A stretch of DNA of 32,000 bases from Xylella taiwanensis (GTDB lineage: Bacteria; Pseudomonadota; Gammaproteobacteria; Xanthomonadales; Xanthomonadaceae): positions 1,500,001 to 1,532,000 of the forward strand of contig NZ_CP053627.1 of NCBI RefSeq assembly GCF_013177435.1. The letters run 5' to 3'. The notes under the pieces are model-generated. The model saw only the letters and a list, made by a program, of their open reading frames with translations, made no database searches and was not told where the DNA came from. Below, in pieces: positions 18,908-27,876 of the stretch. Positions within the stretch are counted from its first letter, which is position 1, and every line of letters begins with the position of its first letter. Made by a program: the position numbers and the translations under genes.

Positions 18908-19831
18908 CTAGCGCTTCAAGTTCGGAAAACCTAGTTTCTCACGCTGCACGTAATAAGCCTGCGCCACTCCTTGTGCCAACGCACGTATCCTAAGAATGTA
19001 GCGCTGGCGCTCAGTGACAGAAATCGCGCGACGCGCATCAAGCAAGTTGAAGTTGTGGCTCGCCTTGATCACCTGCTCATAGGCCGGCAGCGGCAAACCA
19101 GCCTCGAACAGCGCTTTAGCCTCGCGCTCGCAAGCCTCGAAAGTGTGGAACAACGCAGCCACATTCGCGTGCTCAAAATTGTAACCGCTCTGCTCCACCT
19201 CGTTTTGGTGATAGACATCGCCATAAGTCACTGGGGCACCATCCGGACCATAGGTCCACACCAGATCGTAAACGTTATCGCAGTTCTGCAAATACATGCA
19301 GAGCCGTTCCATCCCGTAAGTGATCTCACCCAGAACAGGTTTGCATTCCAGGCCGCCCGCTTGCTGAAAATACGTAAACTGCGTCACCTCCATGCCATTG
19401 AGCCAGATCTCCCAGCCAAGACCCCAAGCGCCCAATGTCGGGGACTCCCAGTTGTCCTCGACAAAGCGCAAGTCGTGCACCAACGGATCGATCCCCAACG
19501 CCTGCAACGAACCCAGGTATAACTCCTGGATGTTGTCAGGGTTGGGTTTCATGACGACCTGATACTGATAGTAACGCTGCAAGCGATTCGGATTCTTCCC
19601 GTAACGACCATCAGTCGGGCGGCGACTGGGCTGCACATAGGCAGCATTCCAAGGTTCCGGGCCCAAAGCACGCAAAAAGGTAGCTGGATGAAAGGTGCCC
19701 GCCCCTACTTCCAGATCCAGCGACTGAATCAACACGCAACCCTGCTCTGCCCAGTACTGATTGAGGATCTGGATCAAACCCTGGAAGGTTGTGCTGGTGG
19801 AAGTAGACAGTACACCCCGAGAATCGGACAT
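18908..19831 (-). CDS. glyQ: glycine--tRNA ligase alpha subunit
   Basis: The 307 aa ORF contains [47 protein letters not shown] and [24 protein letters not shown], classic GlyQ sequence. It lies immediately upstream of glyS on the same strand. Confidence 0.96.
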   Translation of the reverse strand: MSDSRGVLSTSTSTTFQGLIQILNQYWAEQGCVLIQSLDLEVGAGTFHPATFLRALGPEPWNAAYVQPSRRPTDGRYGKNPNRLQRYYQYQVVMKPNPDNIQELYLGSLQALGIDPLVHDLRFVEDNWESPTLGAWGLGWEIWLNGMEVTQFTYFQQAGGLECKPVLGEITYGMERLCMYLQNCDNVYDLVWTYGPDGAPVTYGDVYHQNEVEQSGYNFEHANVAALFHTFEACEREAKALFEAGLPLPAYEQVIKASHNFNLLDARRAISVTERQRYILRIRALAQGVAQAYYVQREKLGFPNLKR

Positions 19832-20167
19832 GCAGCAAACGCCTTGTGGAAACAGGACATTAGTATACCGACCGAACTGCTGCGCTTTATTTCAGTGTCA
19901 GGACACTCATGAGCCATTCTGGCTCACGCAGAGGTCGTTGTTGTACGGCATGGGCCCTAAAATTTCAAACAGATCACGCTACATCATCAATCACCGTGAA
20001 GTCTGAACTTCACTGAAGCAGCCTGCACCAGACTCAACGGCATCGTATACCCAGCAGAACCATTTACTTTGACCTCATGGACAACGCGCCGTTCTGTCAA
20101 AACGTGTCATGGCATGGCGACATCACACACTAGCCGCACCATCCAACAAGACAGACAACACCTATCT

Positions 20168-21805
20168 CTAGCCACGGTAACCATTCGTAATCGGATAGCG
20201 TCGCTCGCGTCCAAACGCACGCCGGGACACCTTCGGCCCCGGCGCAGCTTGATGACGCTTCCACTCGTTAATCCGTACCAAGTTCAGCACATGGTCAACG
20301 ATCTCGGCAGCATAACCAGCAGCGATGATGTCCTCACGCGACTGTTCTTGATCCACGTAGAGAGACAGGATGCCGTCGAGCACCTCATAGGGAGGCAGCG
20401 AATCTTGATCGGTCTGATGAGCCCGCAATTCCGCCGAAGGCGGCCGATGGATCACTGCCGGAGGGATCGACGGTACATCGCTGACCGTATTACGCCACTT
20501 AGCCAACTCAAACACCTCAGTCTTATAAAGATCTTTCAGCGGCGCATACCCGCCACACATATCACCGTAAATCGTCGCGTAACCAACCGCGTATTCGCTT
20601 TTATTGCCGGTCGTCAACAACAGCCCACCGAACTTGTTGGCCAACGCCATCAGAATCACACCGCGACTGCGCGATTGCAGGTTCTCCTCAGTAGCATCTG
20701 CAACCGTCCCAGCAAACAACGGCCCCAACGCAGCTAACACCCCCTCAAATACAGGTTCGATCGTCACCGTTTCCAGCCTCACTCCCAAGATATGACACTG
20801 CTCTGCAGCCAAATCATTGGATACCTCAGCCGTATAGCGCGACGGTAACCGCACTGCAGTCACATTGTCGGCACCGAGCGCATCGACAGCGATGGCAAGC
20901 ACCAACGCTGAGTCGATACCACCCGACAACCCTATCCAAACTCTGGAAAAACCGTTTTTATGACAATAGTCCTGCACCCCACGCACCACCGCACGCCACG
21001 CTAGCGCATTGATGCTCACATCACCCTCTTCCATCCACTGCACCGGAACGAAACGGCGCTCAGACGGCATATAGTCCACCACGAGCCACTGATCGAGGAA
21101 AGCCGCCGCCGCAGGATGCACATGGCCATCACCATCAACAACCACCGAAGCACCATCAAAGACCAGCGCATCCTGACCTCCAACCACGTTGAGATATGCG
21201 ATTGCTGCTCTTGTCTCGCGAGCACGCTCGGCTAACAGCGCATCGCGCTGCGCGTGCTTGCCGCGTTCGTATGGCGAAGCATTAGGTACCAACACCAACT
21301 CGGCACCGTCGCACACGCTGTCAGCCAGTGGCTCAGAGAACCATAGATCTTCACAGATCAGCAATCCAAGCGGCACACCCTTTACTTTGAACACACAGCA
21401 ACCGCCACTCAGATCGACTTCAAAATAACGGCGCTCGTCAAACACCGCATAGTTGGGCAGCTCACGCTTCCGGTAGGTCTGTTCGATCTGGCCGCCACGC
21501 AGCACACTAGCCACGTTGTACACCACACTCCCCGCGCTTTGCGGCCACCCAACCACGGCAACAATGCCCTGCGTGGCCGCCGCGATGCGTTCAATCGCTA
21601 CCTGACAATGCGCCAGGAAACCTGGACGTAACAGCAAGTCTTCCGGCGGATAACCACTGAGCGCCAACTCCGGGAACAACACCACATCGGCACTGTGCTC
21701 ATCTCGCGCCTGTTCAAGCAATGCAATGATGCGATCAGCGTTTTGCGCCACAGCCCCCACAGGGAAATCAAACTGAGCCATGGCGATGCGGAGAGATGCG
21801 GACAT
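20168..21805 (-). CDS. nadE: glutamine-dependent NAD+ synthetase
   Basis: The N-terminal CN-hydrolase domain shows LRIAMAQFDF, VVLFPELALSGYPPEDL and the Cys in GLLICEDLW. The C-terminal NAD synthetase PP-loop is GLSGGIDSALV. I place the start at ATG 21805 (MSASLRIAMAQ), since the ORF-track start at 21904 adds 33 residues of non-conserved sequence. Confidence 0.93.
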   Translation of the reverse strand: MSASLRIAMAQFDFPVGAVAQNADRIIALLEQARDEHSADVVLFPELALSGYPPEDLLLRPGFLAHCQVAIERIAAATQGIVAVVGWPQSAGSVVYNVASVLRGGQIEQTYRKRELPNYAVFDERRYFEVDLSGGCCVFKVKGVPLGLLICEDLWFSEPLADSVCDGAELVLVPNASPYERGKHAQRDALLAERARETRAAIAYLNVVGGQDALVFDGASVVVDGDGHVHPAAAAFLDQWLVVDYMPSERRFVPVQWMEEGDVSINALAWRAVVRGVQDYCHKNGFSRVWIGLSGGIDSALVLAIAVDALGADNVTAVRLPSRYTAEVSNDLAAEQCHILGVRLETVTIEPVFEGVLAALGPLFAGTVADATEENLQSRSRGVILMALANKFGGLLLTTGNKSEYAVGYATIYGDMCGGYAPLKDLYKTEVFELAKWRNTVSDVPSIPPAVIHRPPSAELRAHQTDQDSLPPYEVLDGILSLYVDQEQSREDIIAAGYAAEIVDHVLNLVRINEWKRHQAAPGPKVSRRAFGRERRYPITNGYRG

Positions 21806-22078
21806 ATCATCAGTGACCTTGTGTTTGCTCCTCTTGCACGCATGATAAGGATAGTGCAACCCCAATGGGTGCGTAGAGCATGCGCAAGCATCCCTCAGAG
21901 CCACCCGAGACTCACCAACACCACATCATTTCAGCAGCACACGCTGCGTAGCATGATCTGTATCAATCGCGCGGTACTATCCACCCAAACGAGCTATGGC
22001 CAATCTACTCTATGTGTCTTCATTGCCACGGCACATCAAGATCACCTCTCAGGCACAAACCTGATACTTCTTGGCAAG

Positions 22079-22354
22079 CTATCGCGCAGGTCGTAACCGA
22101 GGGACCGACACAGCAACACCAACAACGTGCATAACGCCTTTCATCTTAGCAACGCCTTCCTTGGTCACATCTCCAATGTCCCCATCATCATTACTATGCG
22201 TGTGGCCATCAGGCCAGCCTCGGCACTGAATGCCGGTGTTGTTGAGATGGGGCGCGTTACTGCGGCCTCCGGTTTACCACAGGCCATGAGCACCAGACAG
22301 CCCAGAAACCAATGAGAAGCTCTTAAAAAGACGCCGAGAACAACACGTGTTCAT
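22079..22354 (-). pseudogene. 5' remnant of an RND-type periplasmic adaptor (CzcB/HlyD-like lipoprotein), frameshifted and truncated
   Basis: ATG at 22354-22352 overlaps the upstream TGA (22353-22351) as ATGA. It encodes MNTCCSRRLFKSFSLVSGLSG..., then needs a frameshift to continue as ...LVLMACGKPEAAV (a lipobox-like LMAC). A third frame gives DGHTHSNDDGDIGDVTKEGVAKMKGV... before a stop at 22079-22081. No intact adaptor or RND pump follows. Confidence 0.4.
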
Positions 22355-23077
22355 TGTGGGGATGTGTCCTGGGAAGTGGCATGCACACCGGCAACAATCG
22401 CTTGGCCGGTGAGGCGCTGGAGTTCGATAAGAGCACGCTGCGCTTGTATGGCTGTTTGCAACTGACAGTGCAACGCCACCATCCGCAGACGCTGCAACTG
22501 CGCCCATTCCAGGTAACTGATGGCCCCAGCACGCCAAGCGTGATCAGCCGCCTGTTCCGCACGTGCCAAGCGCGGGAGCACAGCGTCGCGCATCCGCGTC
22601 ACTTCTAAGCATGCTGTGGTGTAGTCACCATAGGCTGCAACCAAAGTGGAATACAAACGAACCTGTAACGTCTCACGCTCGATTGCATTCAGCGTCAATG
22701 CCCCCTCAGTCGCATCAAGACCCGGCACCGCACCGCCTGCTGCCCCAAGCGGCAGGCTCAGCCCCAACATCACCACCATTGCGGAGATAACGTATCCCCA
22801 CTTGCCATTGCACATCAGCACCGGCTTGGCTGCGCGCCAAGCGTAACTCCGCCTCACGTACCCGAGCCTCACCCGTCAACTGGGCCAACTCTGGAGTGCG
22901 CATCAAGTGGTGTTCCAACTGAGCCAGATCCTGTAACGCCGGCAACACCAGCGGATCACCACTCACTGCTGCGAAATCAGGACGGCGGCTCTTCCAGAGT
23001 GCCGCCAGATAACGGCATGCCGCATTCAATGTCAGCCCGCCATTGGAGGACACAGCAGAGGTACCAGAGGCGCACAC
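22351..23077 (-). pseudogene. outer-membrane efflux protein (CzcC/TolC family) pseudogene: frameshifted and internally deleted
   Basis: Two overlapping minus-strand ORFs in different frames (22715-23077 and 22351-22872) together carry TolC/CzcC-type repeats. These are GGLTLNAACRYLAALWKSRRPDFAA (N-terminal 'LTL..A...AL..NPDL'-like), AELRLARSQAGADVQWQVGIRYL, and AGAISYLEWAQLQR...ALIELQRLTGQ. The combined length of about 240 aa is far short of the roughly 420 aa typical of the family. Confidence 0.6.
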
Positions 23078-23537
23078 GCACGCGCCAACGGAATACTGTC
23101 AGGACTGTCAGTCCCTTGGAGTAGCAACGGCGCCAGAACAACTCCCGGCAACACCACGCTCAAGTGACTACAGCCGTGCATACCATGCATGCTCATCCCG
23201 GCATCGTCAGTCGATATATAGAGTCGGAGCGTCATGCAAATGCACCGCATGGTCTCGGACCGCTTCATGCCAATCATCGATCCCTGTCAGTACCGGATTG
23301 ACCTGCATCATCAACCACACCAACGCCAACACCGGAAGGCGTAACAAACGACACAGCGCCATCGAGAAGAGCACCTATGGCGCCGCATCGTAAAAAAACG
23401 TGTGCACGTTAAACCATTGCATTAACCAAACAGCGCACGGCATTCACCGTCACACTGCCGTTTTACTTGCACGCAGCAATGATTGCGTCAGAATGCTGCA
23501 CCACTGACGCATACACACCACGAAAATCAGGATTTAC

Positions 23538-23921
23538 ATGGCGCATCCCTGTCTCTCTTGCGGTGCCTGCTGCGCCTATTTCCGCGTCAGCTTTCATTGG
23601 AGCGAGGCCGATCCGGCACTGGGCGGCACCGTCCCGATTGAACTCACTGAGCCACTGCGTAGCCACGAACGGGTCATGCGCGGCACCTCGCAGTCACATC
23701 CACGCTGCATCGCACTGGACGCCGAGATCGGCCGTCACAGCCGCTGTACGATCCACGCCCGGCGTCCATCCGTGTGCGCAGCCGTCCCCGCCTCGCTGGA
23801 ATTCGGCGCACGCAGCCAGCAATGCGACACAGCGCGGCGCGCGCACGGACTGCACATCCTGACCGAAGCCGACTGGGCCGGCGTCACCAACACCGAACGC
23901 AACCCACTGCCACATGACTAA
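23538..23921 (+). CDS. YkgJ-family cysteine-cluster protein (CxxCxxCC zinc/iron-chelating domain)
   Basis: The 127 aa ORF has the N-terminal CLSCGACCAYFRVSF signature and further Cys residues (RCIALD, SRCTIHARRPSVC). AGGA lies 5 nt upstream of ATG 23538. Confidence 0.75.
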   Translation: MAHPCLSCGACCAYFRVSFHWSEADPALGGTVPIELTEPLRSHERVMRGTSQSHPRCIALDAEIGRHSRCTIHARRPSVCAAVPASLEFGARSQQCDTARRAHGLHILTEADWAGVTNTERNPLPHD

Positions 23922-24562
23922 ACCAGATCGTTTAATGCCCACATCAACACCGCAACACCGCCTCGCGCAGCCACGCCAGCAACACCTGCACGATGAGCCA
24001 ATAAACCTCCTCTCGGGTGCTGCTTTTCAAAAGCAATAGCAACCAACATCAACGCCCGCATGCAGCGATGTCTTTCGATCCGAAAACGCCCACAAACGAC
24101 AGCAAATCCCGCAAGTCCTTTAGCGAAACGCTCTGCCTACGCCCACCTCTTGAGGTAGGCGCATCATGTACTCACCACACGCTTCTTGAGGAAGATACAG
24201 TGCCGCCTTGCCCTGGGATCCCCACCTGATCACCGCCTCCCAGCAACTTGCAAGCACCTTGAGATCAATGCCAACAACAATTTCCTGAAAACAGCTATGA
24301 AAGCGATAGCTGGCATGACACAAGACAACCAGGACCGTCACCGGGATAGCCACTGTACCCACATCGCACCTGAAATGAGCACGCTGTTGACCGGGGGTTT
24401 CCCAGCGTGCGTTTTCGAGTCACTGCATGTTCATGCATCAACTTGATTGAACGTACAACGCCAGAGTGAACAACGGGATCACATGCAATATCACGTGGGT
24501 TGACACTCAAGCCATGCAGCAGCATGGCCCACAAACGCATAGCCCCCGCAACGCATGTATTC

Positions 24563-25474
24563 CTACGGATGCGCGTCGAGAAACGCGCGAATCGCCGGCA
24601 CCAGAAGAGTGCGTTTATCTTCCAATACGTAGTGGCCAGCATCCTCGAAAGCATGGAGCTGCGCGCGCGGCAAAGCAGCACGGAATCTGTCCAGACAATG
24701 ATGGTCGAACACAATATCCTGCAAGCCCCACCCGATGAACGCCGGGCGGTCAGCGAAGCCAGGTAGCGCCTTGGCGGCCGCCTCCAGCAACGGCCAAGCA
24801 CGATCACCTGGGCCAAGCGGGATATCCTGCATAAAACGGATGATCGAGCGCCGCTGCGCCCAATTGTCATAGGGCGCTACATAGGCGCGACGCACCGCGC
24901 GCGGCAATGGCGTTTCCACCCCCATCCACGCCGCACCCACTGCAAAGGCGTTAAAACCACGGATGAGCCATTCGCCGATCCTCCAATCACGCCCCAATGC
25001 AATCTGCCACGGCAGCGTCTTGGCCGCGGGCATCGGGAACACCGCCGTGTTCATGATCACCAGCCGCCGTACTTGCACAGCGTGCGCGTGCGCCAGCGCC
25101 CAACCAAATCCGATCATGCCGCCCCAATCGTGCACGGCGAGCGTCACCGGCGTGACATTTCCAATGCCCACATGGCACAGCAATGCATCCAAGTCATCCA
25201 CGCGCGATTGCAGTGTGTAATCGTAACGGGGCACCGCGCCGGGGGTGTCCTCCGGCTTATCCGACAAGCCCATACCGATGTGATCTGGAACGATACAGCG
25301 ATAGCCATCCCGCAACGCCGTCACCAAGTGGCGCCAGTAGTAGCTCCAGGATGGATTGCCATGCAGCATGACGACCACCGCTGCATCGCGTGGACCTTCG
25401 TCGAGATAACGCAGCGTGATCCCCGGACGGACCTCGAAGCACTTCGGGATAAAGGGATAATCGGGATATCTCAT
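24563..25474 (-). CDS. oleB: OleB, alpha/beta-hydrolase (haloalkane-dehalogenase-like beta-lactone decarboxylase of olefin biosynthesis)
   Basis: From ATG 25474 the protein reads MRYPDYPFIPKCFEVRPGI...MLHGNPSWSYYWRHLV...PDHIGMGLSDKP...LAVHDWGGMIGFGWAL...FEDAGHYVLEDK. By eye it is closely similar to Xanthomonas campestris OleB as I remember it. The ORF-track start at 25642 is a 56-codon extension overlapping the upstream gene. Confidence 0.88.
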   Translation of the reverse strand: MRYPDYPFIPKCFEVRPGITLRYLDEGPRDAAVVVMLHGNPSWSYYWRHLVTALRDGYRCIVPDHIGMGLSDKPEDTPGAVPRYDYTLQSRVDDLDALLCHVGIGNVTPVTLAVHDWGGMIGFGWALAHAHAVQVRRLVIMNTAVFPMPAAKTLPWQIALGRDWRIGEWLIRGFNAFAVGAAWMGVETPLPRAVRRAYVAPYDNWAQRRSIIRFMQDIPLGPGDRAWPLLEAAAKALPGFADRPAFIGWGLQDIVFDHHCLDRFRAALPRAQLHAFEDAGHYVLEDKRTLLVPAIRAFLDAHP

Positions 25475-26397
25475 ACGTGACCCAACCGATCCAATGTAAA
25501 TAGGCCGTCTGTCTCCAGACGATGCTCCAAGACCCGCAAGTGATGGAACACCCGCTCGCCGCGCCGCAGGCCCTCGATGAATACTCGACCATAGTCGGGG
25601 TGAGTCTCCGCCGCTTTCCCGATTTCCTTCGGCTCCCCCCACAGGTGAGCGCCCTTCACTTCCAACAAGGCGATACAGCCATGTGAATCACGCTGCATCA
25701 TCGCCACAACACAATCGGGATAAAAGCCTTCCCCGTCGTCCCAACGATACAGCGCCACCGATTCGGGCTTGCGCACCGGATTGCGATGCCACCAATGCAC
25801 CAACGGGCTGGCATCAAGTTGCCGCGCTACCGCGATTTCATCTTGATTGAGGCCCGGCGGAAATATGCCATACAGCCCGCGCTGCGCCCTCTCCAGAGGC
25901 ACATCACTGTGCAACTCAGACAGGAGCGGCACCTCGACATCAGCCACCTGAGCATGGCGAAACCGCCGGTAGGCTAACCGCAGCAATTCAGGATGGCGGA
26001 CCAACACCAACTCCAGCTGCTGCAACAACTGCTCATCATCCTCAGGAAGTGCATAACCGGCATGCTCAATGACCTGACGGAACTTCTCCAGCAAACGCAC
26101 CTGCAACTCCCGGTCATTCGCCTCGGACAGACAGAGGCGCACCTGCTCGGCCTCTTCTGCCACCGCCGCCGGAGCCAGCGTCGCCCAAAGATCAGTACGG
26201 CATTCATCCGCAGCACGCTGAGGGCCGGAGAGCAGCGCTGACTCAACACGCATCACGCGTTCCCGGATGCGCAAACGGCTTGCCAGCACGGTGTCGTTAA
26301 AATCCACGAAATCCATCAACCGGGCTTCAAAATCAGCCGGCGGATTAGGCAAGCATTCGCTACGCAGCATGACAGGGGCATCAAAGACTCCCCTCAT
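25471..26397 (-). CDS. hypothetical protein with a C-terminal PD-(D/E)xK (restriction-endonuclease-like) motif set
   Basis: The 308 aa ORF has a C-terminal third reading LNQDEIAVARQLDASPLVHWWHRNPVRKPESVALYRWDDGEGFYPDCVVAMMQRDSHGCIALLEVKGAHLW. The elements W-W-H-R-N, Y-P-D (D228) and E-V-K (E246, K248) match the pattern I associate with the C-terminal nuclease module of type III Res/helicase-nuclease proteins. The N-terminal 180 aa are helical and unassigned. Its TGA overlaps the oleB ATG (ATGA at 25474-25471). There is no obvious SD before ATG 26397. Confidence 0.6.
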   Translation of the reverse strand: MRGVFDAPVMLRSECLPNPPADFEARLMDFVDFNDTVLASRLRIRERVMRVESALLSGPQRAADECRTDLWATLAPAAVAEEAEQVRLCLSEANDRELQVRLLEKFRQVIEHAGYALPEDDEQLLQQLELVLVRHPELLRLAYRRFRHAQVADVEVPLLSELHSDVPLERAQRGLYGIFPPGLNQDEIAVARQLDASPLVHWWHRNPVRKPESVALYRWDDGEGFYPDCVVAMMQRDSHGCIALLEVKGAHLWGEPKEIGKAAETHPDYGRVFIEGLRRGERVFHHLRVLEHRLETDGLFTLDRLGHV

Positions 26398-26432
26398 TTT
26401 TCAACATGAGGGCTGCTTGGCCCATCCTGGCA

Positions 26433-27449
26433 TCACCACACCACTTCTGACATTGAGCAACTCAGCCCTGAACCAATGCCGAGCAAAGCAATGCGATCAC
26501 CTTTCTTGAGACGGCCCAGTTCCTTGAGCTTGCTCAGCACAATCGGCACGGAAGCCGGACCAATGTTGCCGTACTCGCGGAAAATGGTCATGACCTTGGC
26601 CGGATCGATGCCGAATGACTTGATAAACGCCTCCGTGTGTGGGCGGCTGACCTGGTGGATCACAAACTGGTCCAGTTCCTCCACCGCCCAACCTAGTACT
26701 TGCTTCGCCACAACAAAGGTTTTCTCTGCCAGCTTGATGCCCTCGATCAGCATCAAGCGGGTGTCAGTGACCATGCGATCCAGATTGCCGCGACATAACG
26801 TGTTCCATTCGGTGGCCGAGCGGGTGACCCCCCCTTTGTATCGAGGTGCATCAGGGATCAGATCGGTACGCGCCAATACCATCGCCACAGCACCGCAACC
26901 GAGGGTTAACGCCGCCATCTCCTCGCGGAACTCATGCTCGGTCACACCAGGGGCACTCATCCGCTCAAGGGTCTTTTCGTAAACGCGGTTAGCGGTTTCG
27001 CCATTGACCACCAAGGCATAATCGATGTCCCCACGCTCCAGCATATGCCCTGCAATATCCATACCGTTGAGGAAGGCCAAGCAAGCATTGGCCACATCGA
27101 AGGTCATGCATTGCTCGCCAACACCAAGATTGCCACACACCATCGAAGCAGTGGACGGCTCCAGATAATCGCGACTCACCGAAGTGTTGACGACAAGGCC
27201 GATACGGCCCACCTCCACTCCGGCATCCTCCAGTGCTTTACGCGCTGCCATCGTTGCCACATCGGAAGTCTGCACGTCGGTATCCCACAGGCGGCGCGCG
27301 TCGATGCCGGCAATATCACCGAGCACATCGCTCTTAATCCCGAGCCGCTCTAACATCGGTTGCAACCGCGCGTTAATTTCCTGCGAAGTGAGTGTATATG
27401 GGGCGTCAATATGCGCCAGTCCCGCAATGGAGACATTCTTGAAAAACAT
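26433..27449 (-). CDS. oleA: OleA, FabH-like thiolase catalysing head-to-head acyl-CoA Claisen condensation
   Basis: The 338 aa ORF starts MFFKNVSIAGLAHIDAPYTLTSQEINARLQP... It carries the active-site Cys context MTFDVANACLAFLNGMD, plus YLEPSTAS and HQVSRPHT...GNIGPASVPIVL. It is near-colinear with X. campestris OleA as I recall its sequence. Confidence 0.92.
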   Translation of the reverse strand: MFFKNVSIAGLAHIDAPYTLTSQEINARLQPMLERLGIKSDVLGDIAGIDARRLWDTDVQTSDVATMAARKALEDAGVEVGRIGLVVNTSVSRDYLEPSTASMVCGNLGVGEQCMTFDVANACLAFLNGMDIAGHMLERGDIDYALVVNGETANRVYEKTLERMSAPGVTEHEFREEMAALTLGCGAVAMVLARTDLIPDAPRYKGGVTRSATEWNTLCRGNLDRMVTDTRLMLIEGIKLAEKTFVVAKQVLGWAVEELDQFVIHQVSRPHTEAFIKSFGIDPAKVMTIFREYGNIGPASVPIVLSKLKELGRLKKGDRIALLGIGSGLSCSMSEVVW

Positions 27450-27555
27450 AAATAAATAGCGCCAGAATCGGGCGAGAGGCGGTTATTCTAGCGATTGAAT
27501 GCTTTTACCGCATCTTTAGCATTCCAGACTGGTGCCACTGCGCCGCGTTGTGGCG

Positions 27556-27876
27556 TCAGCGACCACCGCAATAGAACGCCACAAATCGCTGGTTGCCGTC
27601 GACGGGCGGACCCAGTGCCTGGACTGTATTGGCGTTGATTGAGGGTGCTTCATTACGTGCCAGGGTTTCTAATTCATCCTGGACGCGCAACGGATTCCGA
27701 GTATAAAACCCGACCTTATTCTTAACCGACACCATAATCTCACCCTGGGATTGGCAGTCATTCGGCACAGTCCCCCGGGGCAACACGCGCACTGTTTTTC
27801 CAACCGATTCAATCGGCACCCACGTGCAAGCAGAAATAACAGTAGCGACAAGCAAAGCAAGGATCAAAACACGCAT
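27556..27876 (-). CDS. small lipoprotein (DUF4156-like)
   Basis: The 106 aa ORF has a signal peptide with lipobox MRVLILALLVATVISAC. The mature part, TWVPIE..GKTVRVL....V..C...G...VSV..KVG...R....V..EL.TLARNEA, fits the DUF4156 lipoprotein pattern as I recall it. Confidence 0.75.
   Translation of the reverse strand: MRVLILALLVATVISACTWVPIESVGKTVRVLPRGTVPNDCQSQGEIMVSVKNKVGFYTRNPLRVQDELETLARNEAPSINANTVQALGPPVDGNQRFVAFYCGGR

Noticed and set aside
18971-19522. 183 aa plus-strand ORF
   Set aside because: It lies entirely antisense to glyQ, one of the most conserved genes in the window, so it is a shadow ORF.
20069-20737. 222 aa plus-strand ORF (Arg-rich)
   Set aside because: It is antisense to the nadE 3' half. 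Its Arg/Ser/Thr-rich composition is typical of antisense frames.
23032-23277. 81 aa minus-strand ORF with a Met/His-rich run (DAGMSMHGMHG), considered as a possible CusF-like metal chaperone
   Set aside because: It is too short and otherwise featureless. It lies in the eroded 5' region of the czcC-like pseudogene, so I treat it as part of that fossil and not as a separate gene.
24295-24870. 191 aa minus-strand ORF overlapping the oleB 3' end in another frame
   Set aside because: It overlaps the conserved oleB C-terminus out of frame and then runs on downstream of the oleB stop with Arg/Cys/Ser-rich nonsense-like sequence.
26476-26982. 168 aa plus-strand ORF, and the 139 aa ORF at 26934-27353
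   Set aside because: Both are antisense to oleA, whose frame is supported by near-colinear similarity to a characterised enzyme.
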